Part shown: positions 48,869 through 58,392 of the stretch, in pieces
How positions within the stretch are numbered: the stretch's first letter is position 1
How the letters are laid out: each line of letters begins with the position of its first letter
Source of the DNA: Nitrosopumilales archaeon
GTDB lineage: Archaea > Thermoproteota > Nitrososphaeria > Nitrososphaerales > Nitrososphaeraceae
NCBI GenBank assembly: GCA_044507735.1
Contig: JBIQJB010000002.1
Span: forward strand, 64,001-128,000
Reading direction: 5' to 3'
Length of the DNA: 64,000 nt
The notes under the pieces: generated by a model
Databases searched by the model: none
What the model was told of the DNA's origin: nothing
What the model saw: only the letters and a program-made list of their open reading frames with translations
Program-made: the position numbers and the translations under genes

Positions 48869-49687
48869 TTGCAGGAGCAGTCGGCGACGCCGCAGAAGCT
48901 GGTCTATGTCAACGGCTATGCTACAAGATATCTCGAATATGGTCCATGCGATGGCAAGGTTCTAGTTCTGTTGCATGGCATTGGCGCTTCCGCAGAGCGA
49001 TGGTCACGGGTGATTCCGACTCTTGCAAAATATTTCCGCGTAATAGCCCCGGACATTATCGGGTTTGGTTATAGCGACAAACCTACAGTCGAATACACCA
49101 TGGATTTCTTTGTTGACTTTTTGAGTGGATTTCTCGACAGTCTTGACATTCCGAGGGCAAATTTAATAGGTTCATCGTTTGGAGGCCACCTGGCGACAGA
49201 GTTTGCAATAAGGTTCAACCGCAGGGTAGAAAAACTGGTGCTCGCATCGCCTGCAGGCATGATGCGGACATCTACTCCTACTCTTGATGGCTACATCATG
49301 GCTGCACTATATCCCACCTACGAAAATGCATTCAAGGCCTTCAAAGACATGGCTCACGATCAGGATGCTGTTACAGAGGAAATTGTCCTGGACTTTGTGA
49401 ACAGGATGAGACTTCCTAATGCAAAATATGCGTTTATGTCCACTCTGCTTGGCATGAGGCATGCGCCCAAGCTTCAGGGTAGGATCGGCAAGATATTATC
49501 GCCCACTCTTCTTGTCTGGGGAGACACAGACAGGATGATACCTGTTCAGTATGCCAAGGAATACAGGGAGATTCCAGACAACGATCTTGTGGTGATAAAG
49601 AACTGTGGACATACGCCCTACGTCGAAAAGCCGATGACATTCAACAAGATCGTCCTAAAGTTTCTGGTCGGCGGAAGAATGCTCTAA
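48869..49687 (+). CDS. Alpha/beta-fold hydrolase
   Basis: LLHG, PDIIGFGYS, GSSFGG nucleophile elbow, WGDTD and CGH motifs. Confidence 0.92.
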   Translation: MQEQSATPQKLVYVNGYATRYLEYGPCDGKVLVLLHGIGASAERWSRVIPTLAKYFRVIAPDIIGFGYSDKPTVEYTMDFFVDFLSGFLDSLDIPRANLIGSSFGGHLATEFAIRFNRRVEKLVLASPAGMMRTSTPTLDGYIMAALYPTYENAFKAFKDMAHDQDAVTEEIVLDFVNRMRLPNAKYAFMSTLLGMRHAPKLQGRIGKILSPTLLVWGDTDRMIPVQYAKEYREIPDNDLVVIKNCGHTPYVEKPMTFNKIVLKFLVGGRML

Positions 49688-49693
49688 CCGCGA

Positions 49694-49999
49694 TCAGGAT
49701 TCCTTCTGACTCTTTCGCCTGCGCTCTATTGGTACCACGATTACCTGTACCAAATCACCGTCTTCGATGTTGAGGGCTTGCCTTTCGGCCTCCGGAATCG
49801 AAATTCTACCCCCGCTCTGCACAGTAGTCTTGAACATTGCATTATAGAAGGTAAGGCCACGGAGAACAGTAAAGTAATTCTGCATGGTGTCCTGCTGCAT
49901 GTTTGTGAATTGCTTTAGAAAGTCCTTTTGCGCTTCGCTTCCCTTTTCAATTGCCTTCTTGAAAGCTTCGATAGGATCAGCGGAATCGTTAGAGCTCAT
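49694..49999 (-). CDS. AbrB/SpoVT-domain regulator, PhaR-like
   Basis: FKTTVQSGGRISIPEAERQALNIEDGDLV with a Gln/Met-rich helical N-terminus. Confidence 0.85.
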   Translation of the reverse strand: MSSNDSADPIEAFKKAIEKGSEAQKDFLKQFTNMQQDTMQNYFTVLRGLTFYNAMFKTTVQSGGRISIPEAERQALNIEDGDLVQVIVVPIERRRKSQKES

Positions 50000-50099
50000 A
50001 TAGCATGGAAAAACACGTATCTCATTTATTTAACGGTACTGGTGAGGACCGTAACTAGACGAAACCGTAAATAGAATCGCTATGTCTGTAGTTACATTG

Positions 50100-50164
50100 G
50101 CGATGAAGAGTCTAGACGGAACTGACTGTAAGATGCCAGGATGAAGTAAGAATCTACTCTGAGC
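50100..50164 (+). ncRNA. Candidate C/D-box guide sRNA
   Basis: C box ATGAAGA 50103-50109, 12-nt guide, D' CTGA 50122-50125, CTG/CAG stem, C' ATGAAG 50141-50146, 12-nt guide, D CTGA 50159-50162. Confidence 0.6.
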
Positions 50165-50220
50165 TATGTTGTTATGAGAAAGTTCAATAAGGATCGTCAT
50201 CACGACATTGATAATCAACC

Positions 50221-51087
50221 TTGCAATCGCTTCATGCGTCCCTTGACCCTGTCACAAGCATAAAAAGCGGTCAAGTGTTTCTCTGGGAGAAGCACGGTGA
50301 TTCTTGGTACGGTGTTCATGGCGATCATATTGTCAAGATAAGACAGACAGGCCGCGAGTTGTTTGAATTTTCGTCATTTCCAGAAGACAAGACATGGCAT
50401 CGCAGGATGTTCAGGCTTGATGACGATGTGAGGACTATATTCGGAGAAATATCTCGCGACTTGTTCGTACGCAGGCTTGTAAGGTCATATCCCGGCCTCC
50501 GCCTCATGAGACAAGAACCGCACCAGTGCATTTTCTCATTTGTGTGTGCCAGCAATACCAACATCCCGATGATTCGCAGGATGCTTTACAACCTGACAAG
50601 AAAATTCGGAAGACCTGTGAACGTCGATGGGATAGAGTTTTTCACATTTCCATCTGTAGAGGACATTGACCGGGCAGGGGCTGACGAATTGAGGTCATGT
50701 GGGCTAGGCTACAGGGTAAAAGCAATAAAGTCAGCAGCCCGCGCCATCGCTTCAGGTCAGATAGACTTTGACGCACTCACATCTGCAACTTATGAAGAGG
50801 CAAAAAAAGAGCTATTGCGGATATATGGAATTGGGAACAAGATAGCCGACTGCATACTGCTATTTTCTCTTGAAAAACTCGACGCTTTTCCAATAGATGT
50901 TTGGATTGCACGGGCGCTTTCGCAATATTACAGCTGGTTGCACCAAGAGGAATTCGGGGACAAGCTGACATTGCGCCAATACGAAGAGTTGTCGAGCGAT
51001 GCAAGAATTCATTTTGGAAAGTATGCTGGCTATGCGCAGCAGTACTTGTTTTACCACATGAGGCAAACTGCCGGGAAGAAGTGGTAA
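50221..51087 (+). CDS. 8-oxoguanine DNA glycosylase (OGG1-like, HhH-GPD)
   Basis: SGQVFLW, GLRLMRQEP, GLGYR, GIGNKIADC, FPIDVW and AGYAQQYLF motifs. Confidence 0.9.
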   Translation: MQSLHASLDPVTSIKSGQVFLWEKHGDSWYGVHGDHIVKIRQTGRELFEFSSFPEDKTWHRRMFRLDDDVRTIFGEISRDLFVRRLVRSYPGLRLMRQEPHQCIFSFVCASNTNIPMIRRMLYNLTRKFGRPVNVDGIEFFTFPSVEDIDRAGADELRSCGLGYRVKAIKSAARAIASGQIDFDALTSATYEEAKKELLRIYGIGNKIADCILLFSLEKLDAFPIDVWIARALSQYYSWLHQEEFGDKLTLRQYEELSSDARIHFGKYAGYAQQYLFYHMRQTAGKKW

Positions 51088-51204
51088 AAAGACTGTGATA
51101 AGATATTTTTCAGAACTGGCGTCACCGCGCGTTCTTTGAGGCCTTGCAGAAAGAAAAAAAGATATTATTCTTGCTGTCTTGCCAGCAAGATCATTTTTTC
51201 ACTT

Positions 51205-52257
51205 TTACTGCCCTGTGCTGTTAAAGAGGTCCTGTATTCCGCCACTCAGATTGCCAAGGAAACCGCCGTCGTCGGTCTGGTTTCCACCACTTGTCTGGTT
51301 ACCGCCGGCTGTCATGTTTCCCTCTGGTGCCACACCAGTCGCGTTTCCGACTGTCGCCGCGCCTGTGTCGATCAATTCGTTACCGTTTTCATCGGTCATG
51401 GATTCGACGATTCCGTATATCGGCTGTCCCATGAAGTGGTCATCGGTGTCTTCGGTCGCTAGCGAGATGCTGATGACATTGTTCCTGTCGATGATTATCA
51501 GTGCATCAACGCCAGTCCATTTCGGCTGACCATTTGTAGCGACATCAACGGTACCAAAGATGAATGACGATCCTTCTCCGCTTATGTCTATTGTGGTCGA
51601 GTTCGATGATACGAAGTTGCTTAGCTCGTGTGTGTGGCGTTCAGTTCCATCGAGATGTACCATCACAAAGTCAGCTGCAAATTCATTCACACTACCGTCC
51701 TGAACATCAAGATTCCAGTCCCCTGATAGCACGTATGGGGGCGATATTTCTTCGGCAGCTGCTGTTGTCTCCTCTGTCGTTGTTGATGCAGTAGCGTTGC
51801 TGTCCATGCCCGTCATGTTGCTTGAGCTAGCAGTGGCGTTGTCCTCTCCTCCTGTTATGACCTGCTGCATCATTGCAGTGGTATCGTTGCCTGCTGCTGT
51901 CATGTTGCCAGTCACGCCGGTTTCATTTCCTGTAGTTGTGGTGGTAGTGGTCGTATCATTCTCTGCTTCGCTGGTAGTTATTGTTTCTCCAGTGTCGAAG
52001 ATCAAAGCAGCAATAGAACCTCTTGCTGAAAATGTCTCTCCGCCTGTAGCATTCGTGGTTGTGTCTGTTGTTGTTGTAGCATTTGTGGTAGTACCTGTTG
52101 TTGTAGCATTCGTGGTTGTGTCTGTTGTTGTTGCGTTCGTGCCTGTTGCGTTGGTGCCCATAGTGGCATTCTGCGCAACTGCTGGCGCAAGACTAAACGC
52201 TGTTGCGAAAAGTCCAAAGACCAGCACTAGCGCGATCGCTATTGGTGCTTTCTTCAT
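51205..52257 (-). CDS. Secreted Thr-rich putative glycoprotein
   Basis: Signal peptide, many N-x-T sequons, Thr tracts, acidic beta domain. Confidence 0.8.
   Translation of the reverse strand: MKKAPIAIALVLVFGLFATAFSLAPAVAQNATMGTNATGTNATTTDTTTNATTTGTTTNATTTTDTTTNATGGETFSARGSIAALIFDTGETITTSEAENDTTTTTTTTGNETGVTGNMTAAGNDTTAMMQQVITGGEDNATASSSNMTGMDSNATASTTTEETTAAAEEISPPYVLSGDWNLDVQDGSVNEFAADFVMVHLDGTERHTHELSNFVSSNSTTIDISGEGSSFIFGTVDVATNGQPKWTGVDALIIIDRNNVISISLATEDTDDHFMGQPIYGIVESMTDENGNELIDTGAATVGNATGVAPEGNMTAGGNQTSGGNQTDDGGFLGNLSGGIQDLFNSTGQ
52046..52160 (-). repeat. Tandem coding repeats (NATTTDTTT / NATTTGTTT / NATGT)
   Basis: GTAGCATTCGTGGTTGTGTCTGTTGTTGTTG is repeated on the + strand. Confidence 0.8.
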
Positions 52258-52368
52258 CGCTCAGAACGTGCAAGAATGAATTTTAACGATTTTACCTATT
52301 CTCTAGAGAAATATATTATAGCTGCAGGACAGCATAGAATCCACCTGAAAAATCCTCTAGCGCGAGGG

Positions 52369-52548
52369 TTACTGCGTCAAGTCGATTATGCTTCTCTTGA
52401 TAATCATCTTTGCCTTGGGAGAAACATCGTACTGCTCGAGCACTATACTGGGGCTCTTGATGAGCTCGTTTCTAAATTCTGGCTCGCTGGCTGCCTTGAG
52501 CAGAATCTCACTTATGATCTCGGCATCTTTGCTTTGTCGAGAATCCAA
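52369..52548 (-). CDS. 59-aa NHLP-leader-like small protein
   Basis: Hand-translated MDSRQSKDAEIISEILLKAASEPEFRNELIKSPSIVLEQYDVSPKAKMIIKRSIIDLTQ; TTATATA about 27-33 nt upstream of the TTG. Confidence 0.65.
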   Translation of the reverse strand: MDSRQSKDAEIISEILLKAASEPEFRNELIKSPSIVLEQYDVSPKAKMIIKRSIIDLTQ

Positions 52549-52944
52549 GGTATCAGCACCAAAGCAAAAGCTTGTATATAATCCTAGTGCATCAAATGTA
52601 TATCGAGAATTACATCTTCAGGCGGAATCGGCAGCTTGGCTCCCAAAGTGTTCTCAATCTGATCACGTGAAAGAATTGAGCTTGTATGAGACTGACAGAT
52701 GTGTGCACTCAGGATTGAATTCTTGTCAAACCTATTGACTTGCTCTCACCACTGACTTTGACACTGACAAGGATTATAGTAAACCCCGGGGTGTGAGGCG
52801 ATCTCTTGTGCTTCACAGCTCAAGAAGTCATATGGTGCAGTCCTGAAAGGATCTTTCTCAAGACTGTGCGTCTGCGGTCGGATGAAAAGGGAAAAAATCT
52901 TGTTTTGAAAAATGAGAAAGTGGTAAGGAAGAGAGTCCCTACCA

Positions 52945-54420
52945 CTAGTCTACGTACGCTCTCTCTCCGTGTTGTGCAAGATCCAGTCCGATCTCTTCTT
53001 CCTTTGGAGTGACCCTGATTCCGCCAGGCCACACTGCATCCATTATCTTGATAATGATTGCAGTGATACCCATTGCCCATGCCAATGCAGCAAACGCACC
53101 TACTGCGTTTACGTACAGCTGTTCAATGTTGCCAAATGCAGCACCTTGGGCTCCCCATGAGAACCTGCTCTCTGAAAAGATGCCAGTCAGTAGAGCACCT
53201 GCCAGACCGCCGACACCGTGGACTGCCCATGTGTCAAGTGCATCGTCCCACTTGCGCTTGTTCTTAAACGCAAGTGCTGCGTAACACACGATTGAGGCCA
53301 GGATACCGATTACTATGGAGGACATCGGAGAGACAAAACCTGCAGCCGGGGTAATGGCTACGAGCCCTGCCACTGCACCAGTGGCCGCGCCTACTGTTGC
53401 AGGTTTGCCTGTGTGTGCCCAAGAGATCAGCGACCATGTGAGTGCGGCTGTTCCTGTTGCAATGTTGGTGGCTACGAAGGCGCTTGTGGCTGCGTTGCTT
53501 GCATCACCCGCAGAACCTGCGTTGAAGCCGAACCATCCTACCCACAGCAAAGCAGCACCCAAGACTACTAGGCTGATGTTGTGAGGCTCCATAGGGATTT
53601 TGCCATATCCCAGTCTTCTTCCCAGCATCAGTGCTACTACCAGTCCTGCCCAACCAGAGGTGATGTGTATGACAGTTCCGCCTGCAAAGTCAAGCGAACC
53701 CATATCACCTGTCCAGCCAGGGGCAGTTCCACCAGTACCTAGCGACCATGTCCAGTGCGCCGCAAAGTCGTAGACGAATGTTGTCCAGATTATCACGAAG
53801 ATTAGGAATGCGCTGAACTTCATTCTTTCAGCTACCGATGCCACGATAAGCGCAGGTGTGATGATGGCAAACATCATCTGGAATATGAAGAGCGTCTGGT
53901 GCGGGATGGTCGTTGTGTAAACGTCAGACGGCGCGTCATGTAGCACATTGCTGAGTCCTGCCCACGCTAGAGACCCAATGAAGCCGTGACCTGTGGCGTC
54001 AGGGCCGAACGCAAGGCTGTATCCGAACAGCGTGAACTGTAGCGCGACAAGGCCCGTTGTGATGAATACCATGTGCAGAGTATTGACGGCATTCTTCCTT
54101 CTAGAAAGGCCGCCGTAGAACATCGCAAGTCCAGCGGGTGTCATCATCAATACGAGCGCTGCAGAGGTCAGCATCCATGCGTTGTCGCCGTGATCTATTT
54201 CAGCAGGAATCAAATAGCCGTTTTCGTCAAGTAGGAATTCTCCTGTTTCTTCGTCTGTTTGCCAAGAGTGATACGGGACTGCAGGGCTATCAGGCGTAGT
54301 CAGCGAATTGTACGCCTGAGCGGGCGCAAATCCTATCGCCAGGATCGCAGTCAGTGCCGCAATGGCAATAAAAACAGACATCCCTTTCTTGTACTCTGGT
54401 TTGCCATTCATGTTGTGCAT
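52945..54420 (-). CDS. amt: Ammonium transporter (Amt family)
   Basis: FQMMFAIITPAL, DFAGGTVIH, GWFGFNAGS, DDALD..AVHG and EEEIGLD motifs. Confidence 0.98.
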   Translation of the reverse strand: MHNMNGKPEYKKGMSVFIAIAALTAILAIGFAPAQAYNSLTTPDSPAVPYHSWQTDEETGEFLLDENGYLIPAEIDHGDNAWMLTSAALVLMMTPAGLAMFYGGLSRRKNAVNTLHMVFITTGLVALQFTLFGYSLAFGPDATGHGFIGSLAWAGLSNVLHDAPSDVYTTTIPHQTLFIFQMMFAIITPALIVASVAERMKFSAFLIFVIIWTTFVYDFAAHWTWSLGTGGTAPGWTGDMGSLDFAGGTVIHITSGWAGLVVALMLGRRLGYGKIPMEPHNISLVVLGAALLWVGWFGFNAGSAGDASNAATSAFVATNIATGTAALTWSLISWAHTGKPATVGAATGAVAGLVAITPAAGFVSPMSSIVIGILASIVCYAALAFKNKRKWDDALDTWAVHGVGGLAGALLTGIFSESRFSWGAQGAAFGNIEQLYVNAVGAFAALAWAMGITAIIIKIMDAVWPGGIRVTPKEEEIGLDLAQHGERAYVD

Positions 54421-54612
54421 CTTTTTACTTCTGAATAAAAGGATATAGGTAATTTCTTTACAATTTGGTAGTATTTTGGTCTATTCCTAAACCAAGCATA
54501 ATAGCGCAAAATTAGAATTTTATGATAATGATCCTTATTAACCAGTTTTCCCGCGCAGACCCCTACTGACTGACATAAATATATGCCCGAGTCTTGAGAG
54601 AGGTATATACAA

Positions 54613-55503
54613 GTGTCTGCCAACAATAGTAGCGAAAATAAGGACAACATTGATCAAGCTCTCCAAGATTGGAAGACCCTTGTGGGAGCGATCACGTCGT
54701 CTGACGATACAGATAAGCTGGCTGAATATGCCTTACACCTCGCACGAGTCCTTGCCTATCCAGAACTTGACGTCCCTGCGGTTCTGGCTCAAATAGATTC
54801 CATGGGTCAGGAGGTGACCAGCCTGGTAAAAAAGAGCCTTGGCTCATCGCGGCGGCCCACCCAAATAATAGAGAAGATAAATGATTACCTTTTCAACATC
54901 CAGAAGTTCAAGCCAAACATAGATGATTACTACAACCCTCTGAACAGCTATCTGAATGCGGTAATAGAGCACAAGACCGGAATCCCTATTACGCTTTCAA
55001 TATTGTACCTTCGCATAGCGCGGGCTGTGAATTTTAAGATGCACCCAGTAAACTTTCCAGGACACTTTTTGCTCAAGCATATAATGGAAGACAACAATGG
55101 CGAGATAATCGTCGACCCATTCAACGGCGGAAGAATAATGGATGACTATTCGCTCAAGGCATTGTTGGACCGGACATACCCGCGGCAAACCATACCTCTG
55201 ACCCATGCACTGGTAGAAAGAGCAACCCCGTCGCAGGTAATAATACGGATGCTCAACAACCTGAAAGGGAGCTACTATGAAGCACAGGACATGGATAGAT
55301 ATCTTCTGGCAAACGAGATGGTTCTCGCAATCGATCAATACAATCCTGACGCAATAAGAGACAAGGGGATGATTTATTTGAAAAACGGAAATGCCGGAGA
55401 GGCACTTAAAGTGCTCAACTCTTACTTGGAGATAAATCCCGAAGCGGCTGATGCAGACGAGGTACTTGACATAATTCGGCAGATAAGGTCGGGCATGAAA
55501 TGA
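54613..55503 (+). CDS. SirB1-family transglutaminase-like/TPR protein
   Basis: DYYNPLNSYL, GIPITLS, NFPGHFL, DPFNGG and RMLNNLK motifs; TPR tail. Confidence 0.9.
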   Translation: MSANNSSENKDNIDQALQDWKTLVGAITSSDDTDKLAEYALHLARVLAYPELDVPAVLAQIDSMGQEVTSLVKKSLGSSRRPTQIIEKINDYLFNIQKFKPNIDDYYNPLNSYLNAVIEHKTGIPITLSILYLRIARAVNFKMHPVNFPGHFLLKHIMEDNNGEIIVDPFNGGRIMDDYSLKALLDRTYPRQTIPLTHALVERATPSQVIIRMLNNLKGSYYEAQDMDRYLLANEMVLAIDQYNPDAIRDKGMIYLKNGNAGEALKVLNSYLEINPEAADADEVLDIIRQIRSGMK

Positions 55504-55504
55504 C

Positions 55505-55777
55505 TTGACGACTTATGCAAAATATCTGTACGTCGGGATTATCATCGTTGTCGTCAGCGGCTCCATGGCTGTATATCTTAATTTTCAGGGAGTAACATGC
55601 CTCACGGATCTTGCGCGGATTGACCAGTCCGTTGTGCCCCCGGACCAAGTCGCTGACCTAGAAGCATCATGCGCGGTTGTTACCAATTCATATGTGTACT
55701 CAATCTATGCCGTGGCCGCGGGCGCGATACTGGTCATATCAGGATTTGTGAAAAAGAGGCGAAGCAACACTTCTTAA
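55505..55777 (+). CDS. Small two-TM membrane protein
   Basis: Two hydrophobic helices with a Cys pair between them. Confidence 0.6.
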   Translation: MTTYAKYLYVGIIIVVVSGSMAVYLNFQGVTCLTDLARIDQSVVPPDQVADLEASCAVVTNSYVYSIYAVAAGAILVISGFVKKRRSNTS

Positions 55778-55799
55778 GTCAATGCAAGGATGACAAACT

Positions 55800-56393
55800 A
55801 TGGCAGCTCGAAAGGATGATGACTCTCTTGAAAAGGTGGCGGTCGAAGTTAGGGGGTGCCCGCTTTGCAAGCTATCGAGAACAAGAAAGAACGCAGTACC
55901 TGGCGAGGGTCAACTTGCAGCCAAGATAATGTTCATCGGGGAGGCACCGGGCAGAACTGAGGACGAAAAAGGAAGGCCATTTGTAGGAGCTGCCGGAAGG
56001 TTGCTGGACGATCTGTTGCAAAAGGCGGGCATAGAAAGGTCGCAGGTATTTATTACAAACGTGGTCAAGTGCAGGCCCCCGAACAACAGAGTCCCGGAAG
56101 AAGATGAAGTTGCAGCGTGCCTACCCTACTTGGACAGGCAAATAGCACTCATTAGGCCAAAGGTTATCTGTATTCTTGGTCGAACAGCCTATGCTTCGTT
56201 GCTTGGGGGAAGTTCGATAACTGCAAACAGGGGCAAGATCGTGGAAAAGGCGGGTCAGAAGTATTTCCTCACATACCATCCTGCGGCCGCAATTTACAAC
56301 AAGAGCCTCATTTCATCTCTTGAGGCAGACCTAAAAAAGCTGGCAAGGGAAATCGGGAGAGAAGGCAAGAGCTCATTGGAGGACTATTTTTGA
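55800..56393 (+). CDS. udg: Family-4 uracil-DNA glycosylase (Fe-S)
   Basis: CPLCKL, GEAPG, PFVG, KCRPP and YHPAA motifs. Confidence 0.95.
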   Translation: MAARKDDDSLEKVAVEVRGCPLCKLSRTRKNAVPGEGQLAAKIMFIGEAPGRTEDEKGRPFVGAAGRLLDDLLQKAGIERSQVFITNVVKCRPPNNRVPEEDEVAACLPYLDRQIALIRPKVICILGRTAYASLLGGSSITANRGKIVEKAGQKYFLTYHPAAAIYNKSLISSLEADLKKLAREIGREGKSSLEDYF

Positions 56394-57001
56394 CCTGCCT
56401 GCCTGCCTCTTTCTATAGTAAACCCACTGCAATAGTGGCAAGAAATCTTGTTGGCAATACCTTGGTGCGCATAATTAGAAGTAGGAATGACTTGATCAAG
56501 CTAACTGGCACAATAGTCGAGACTGAAGCCTATGGCTTTGACGATGATCTGGCCAGCCATGCATGCATGGGTCCGACTCCAAGAAACAAGGTCATGTTTG
56601 GTGATGTCGGAAGGGCATATGTCTACTTCACATATGGAAACCACTTTTGTCTGAACGTTTCTGCAAGATCTGCCAAAGCGCGTGCAGGAGCGGTCCTCAT
56701 ACGCGCGATCGAGCCCGTACAAGGAGTTGAAGTGATGAGGCAATTCCGGCCCGTTGATGACCTCTTGTCCCTTACGTCTGGTCCGGGAAAGCTGACTCAC
56801 GCTCTAAAGATAACGTCAGCTCTCAACGGAGTGGACATGACTGATCCGACCTCGGAAATTTACATCGAATCAGGAAAAAAACCTGACAATGTTATCGCAA
56901 CCACTAGGATCGGGATCACCCGTGCAACAGATAAGGAGTGGCGCTTTGTAGATCCTTCAAGTCCTTATGTATCTAGGAGGATTCGGATCAAGTCATTATG
57001 A
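56390..57001 (+). CDS. mpg: DNA-3-methyladenine glycosylase (MPG/AAG)
   Basis: IVETEAY, YVYFTYG, AVLIRA, SGPGKL and RIGI motifs. Confidence 0.95.
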   Translation: MTCLPASFYSKPTAIVARNLVGNTLVRIIRSRNDLIKLTGTIVETEAYGFDDDLASHACMGPTPRNKVMFGDVGRAYVYFTYGNHFCLNVSARSAKARAGAVLIRAIEPVQGVEVMRQFRPVDDLLSLTSGPGKLTHALKITSALNGVDMTDPTSEIYIESGKKPDNVIATTRIGITRATDKEWRFVDPSSPYVSRRIRIKSL

Positions 57002-57057
57002 CTAGAGAGTAAGCTGAAGCTCTACTGCTGGCTTTTATCGGGATACGGCACCATACA

Positions 57058-57396
57058 TTGATGCGAAACTTCGCAATATACAACATTACCTTGAACGACG
57101 ACAAAACTGGCGTAAAGCCAGACGTGCTCGTTGGAATGTATTCCGCCATTGCTGCCAAATCGAGACAGCTGGCTCCGCAGGATATCAAACGTGAACTAGC
57201 CATTTTCCAGGATGGTAGGGTAAAAACAACGTTCCATATTCAGGTCTCCAACAGGATGGCGCCGCACTTGATTCAGGCCATCCAGCAGCAAGCCGACTCG
57301 CAGCAAGGAATAGGACTCAAGAGTTACTTTTACAAGCTACAGGAAGAGATAATGGCTCAGCTATTAAGTAACGACGAACAAACAACGCCGCGATGA
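57058..57396 (+). CDS. Hypothetical protein
   Basis: 112-aa ORF. Confidence 0.6.
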   Translation: MMRNFAIYNITLNDDKTGVKPDVLVGMYSAIAAKSRQLAPQDIKRELAIFQDGRVKTTFHIQVSNRMAPHLIQAIQQQADSQQGIGLKSYFYKLQEEIMAQLLSNDEQTTPR

Positions 57397-57595
57397 GTTA
57401 CGTTCCAACGCGCTCTCTGCTTTTTTTGATGACAATTATGTATCTCAAGATATCTAGAATTGAGTCCTCGTATCGATTAAGCAATCGCAGATACTGCATA
57501 TGTGTTGCATCTTCGGATGTGATTCTCGATCACCGCAATAATACTTGCCCCAAACGTGGCAGCAATTGATTGGCTACGACCATTCTTTCATGTTC

Positions 57596-58219
57596 TCATT
57601 TAATTCCTACCATCTTTGTGATACGCTTTTCATCGATCGACATCGAATCCAGATCGACTGTCACAATCATCCTGTCCTTCCGCTCCTGAGTCACCAGAAA
57701 GACCGCCAATCCTTTCGGGTGTTCTGCAATGCTGTAGAAAGTTCCAAGCAAGGTTGTCTCGATGTTGTTTCCAAACTCCTTCTTTGCTCTTTCATGAGCG
57801 ACCTTCCTTGCTTCGGGTTGAACGGCTGCAGGCACAGCTTCTCCGGGCCTTCCTAGCCCAACATCCAGTCCTGCAACTTTGTCTTCTCTAAGGTCTACAA
57901 ACACCTTTATGCTGCCGGTCCATATCGCTACCTTCTGCACGTCTCTTGTAAAGATGTTGTAGTAGCTGTTGTCAAACCATATTGATTTCTCGAATAAGAT
58001 GAGTGCTGTGCCACCAATCCTTTGTGAATCTTGAGACCATGTGCTTAAGTCGGCTATCCTCCAGTTGCCTTGCTTTAGGAGCTTGTTGAGGTATTCGTCC
58101 TGCTCAATTATGGTTCGTATCCTCCTCTTTTCTTCATCTTTTAATTGCTGCGGTTCCTTGATTGGCATGTCATTCACCGCTACGTGGCTATCTACTTTTG
58201 ATGGATCGTCACTTGGCAT
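57596..58219 (-). CDS. Hypothetical protein
   Basis: 207-aa ORF with protein-like composition; its N-terminus may be eroded. Confidence 0.55.
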   Translation of the reverse strand: MPSDDPSKVDSHVAVNDMPIKEPQQLKDEEKRRIRTIIEQDEYLNKLLKQGNWRIADLSTWSQDSQRIGGTALILFEKSIWFDNSYYNIFTRDVQKVAIWTGSIKVFVDLREDKVAGLDVGLGRPGEAVPAAVQPEARKVAHERAKKEFGNNIETTLLGTFYSIAEHPKGLAVFLVTQERKDRMIVTVDLDSMSIDEKRITKMVGIK

Positions 58220-58392
58220 TTAAACTGGCGCTCCGCCATTTGATTCGAGCTCACTGATATATTCACTTGATGTTAGTTGGTTTGGCAGTCGCATTGCAGC
58301 GAGCGCAGATGCGGCACAGCAGCTACTGATATGGCCGCTCCAAAGCCGGTAATATCAAAATGTGCTAGCCAACTATGAAAGTAGAAATATTT

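Noticed and set aside
51797-52279. Val-rich 160-aa plus-strand ORF
   Set aside because: Antisense shadow of the Thr-rich repeats
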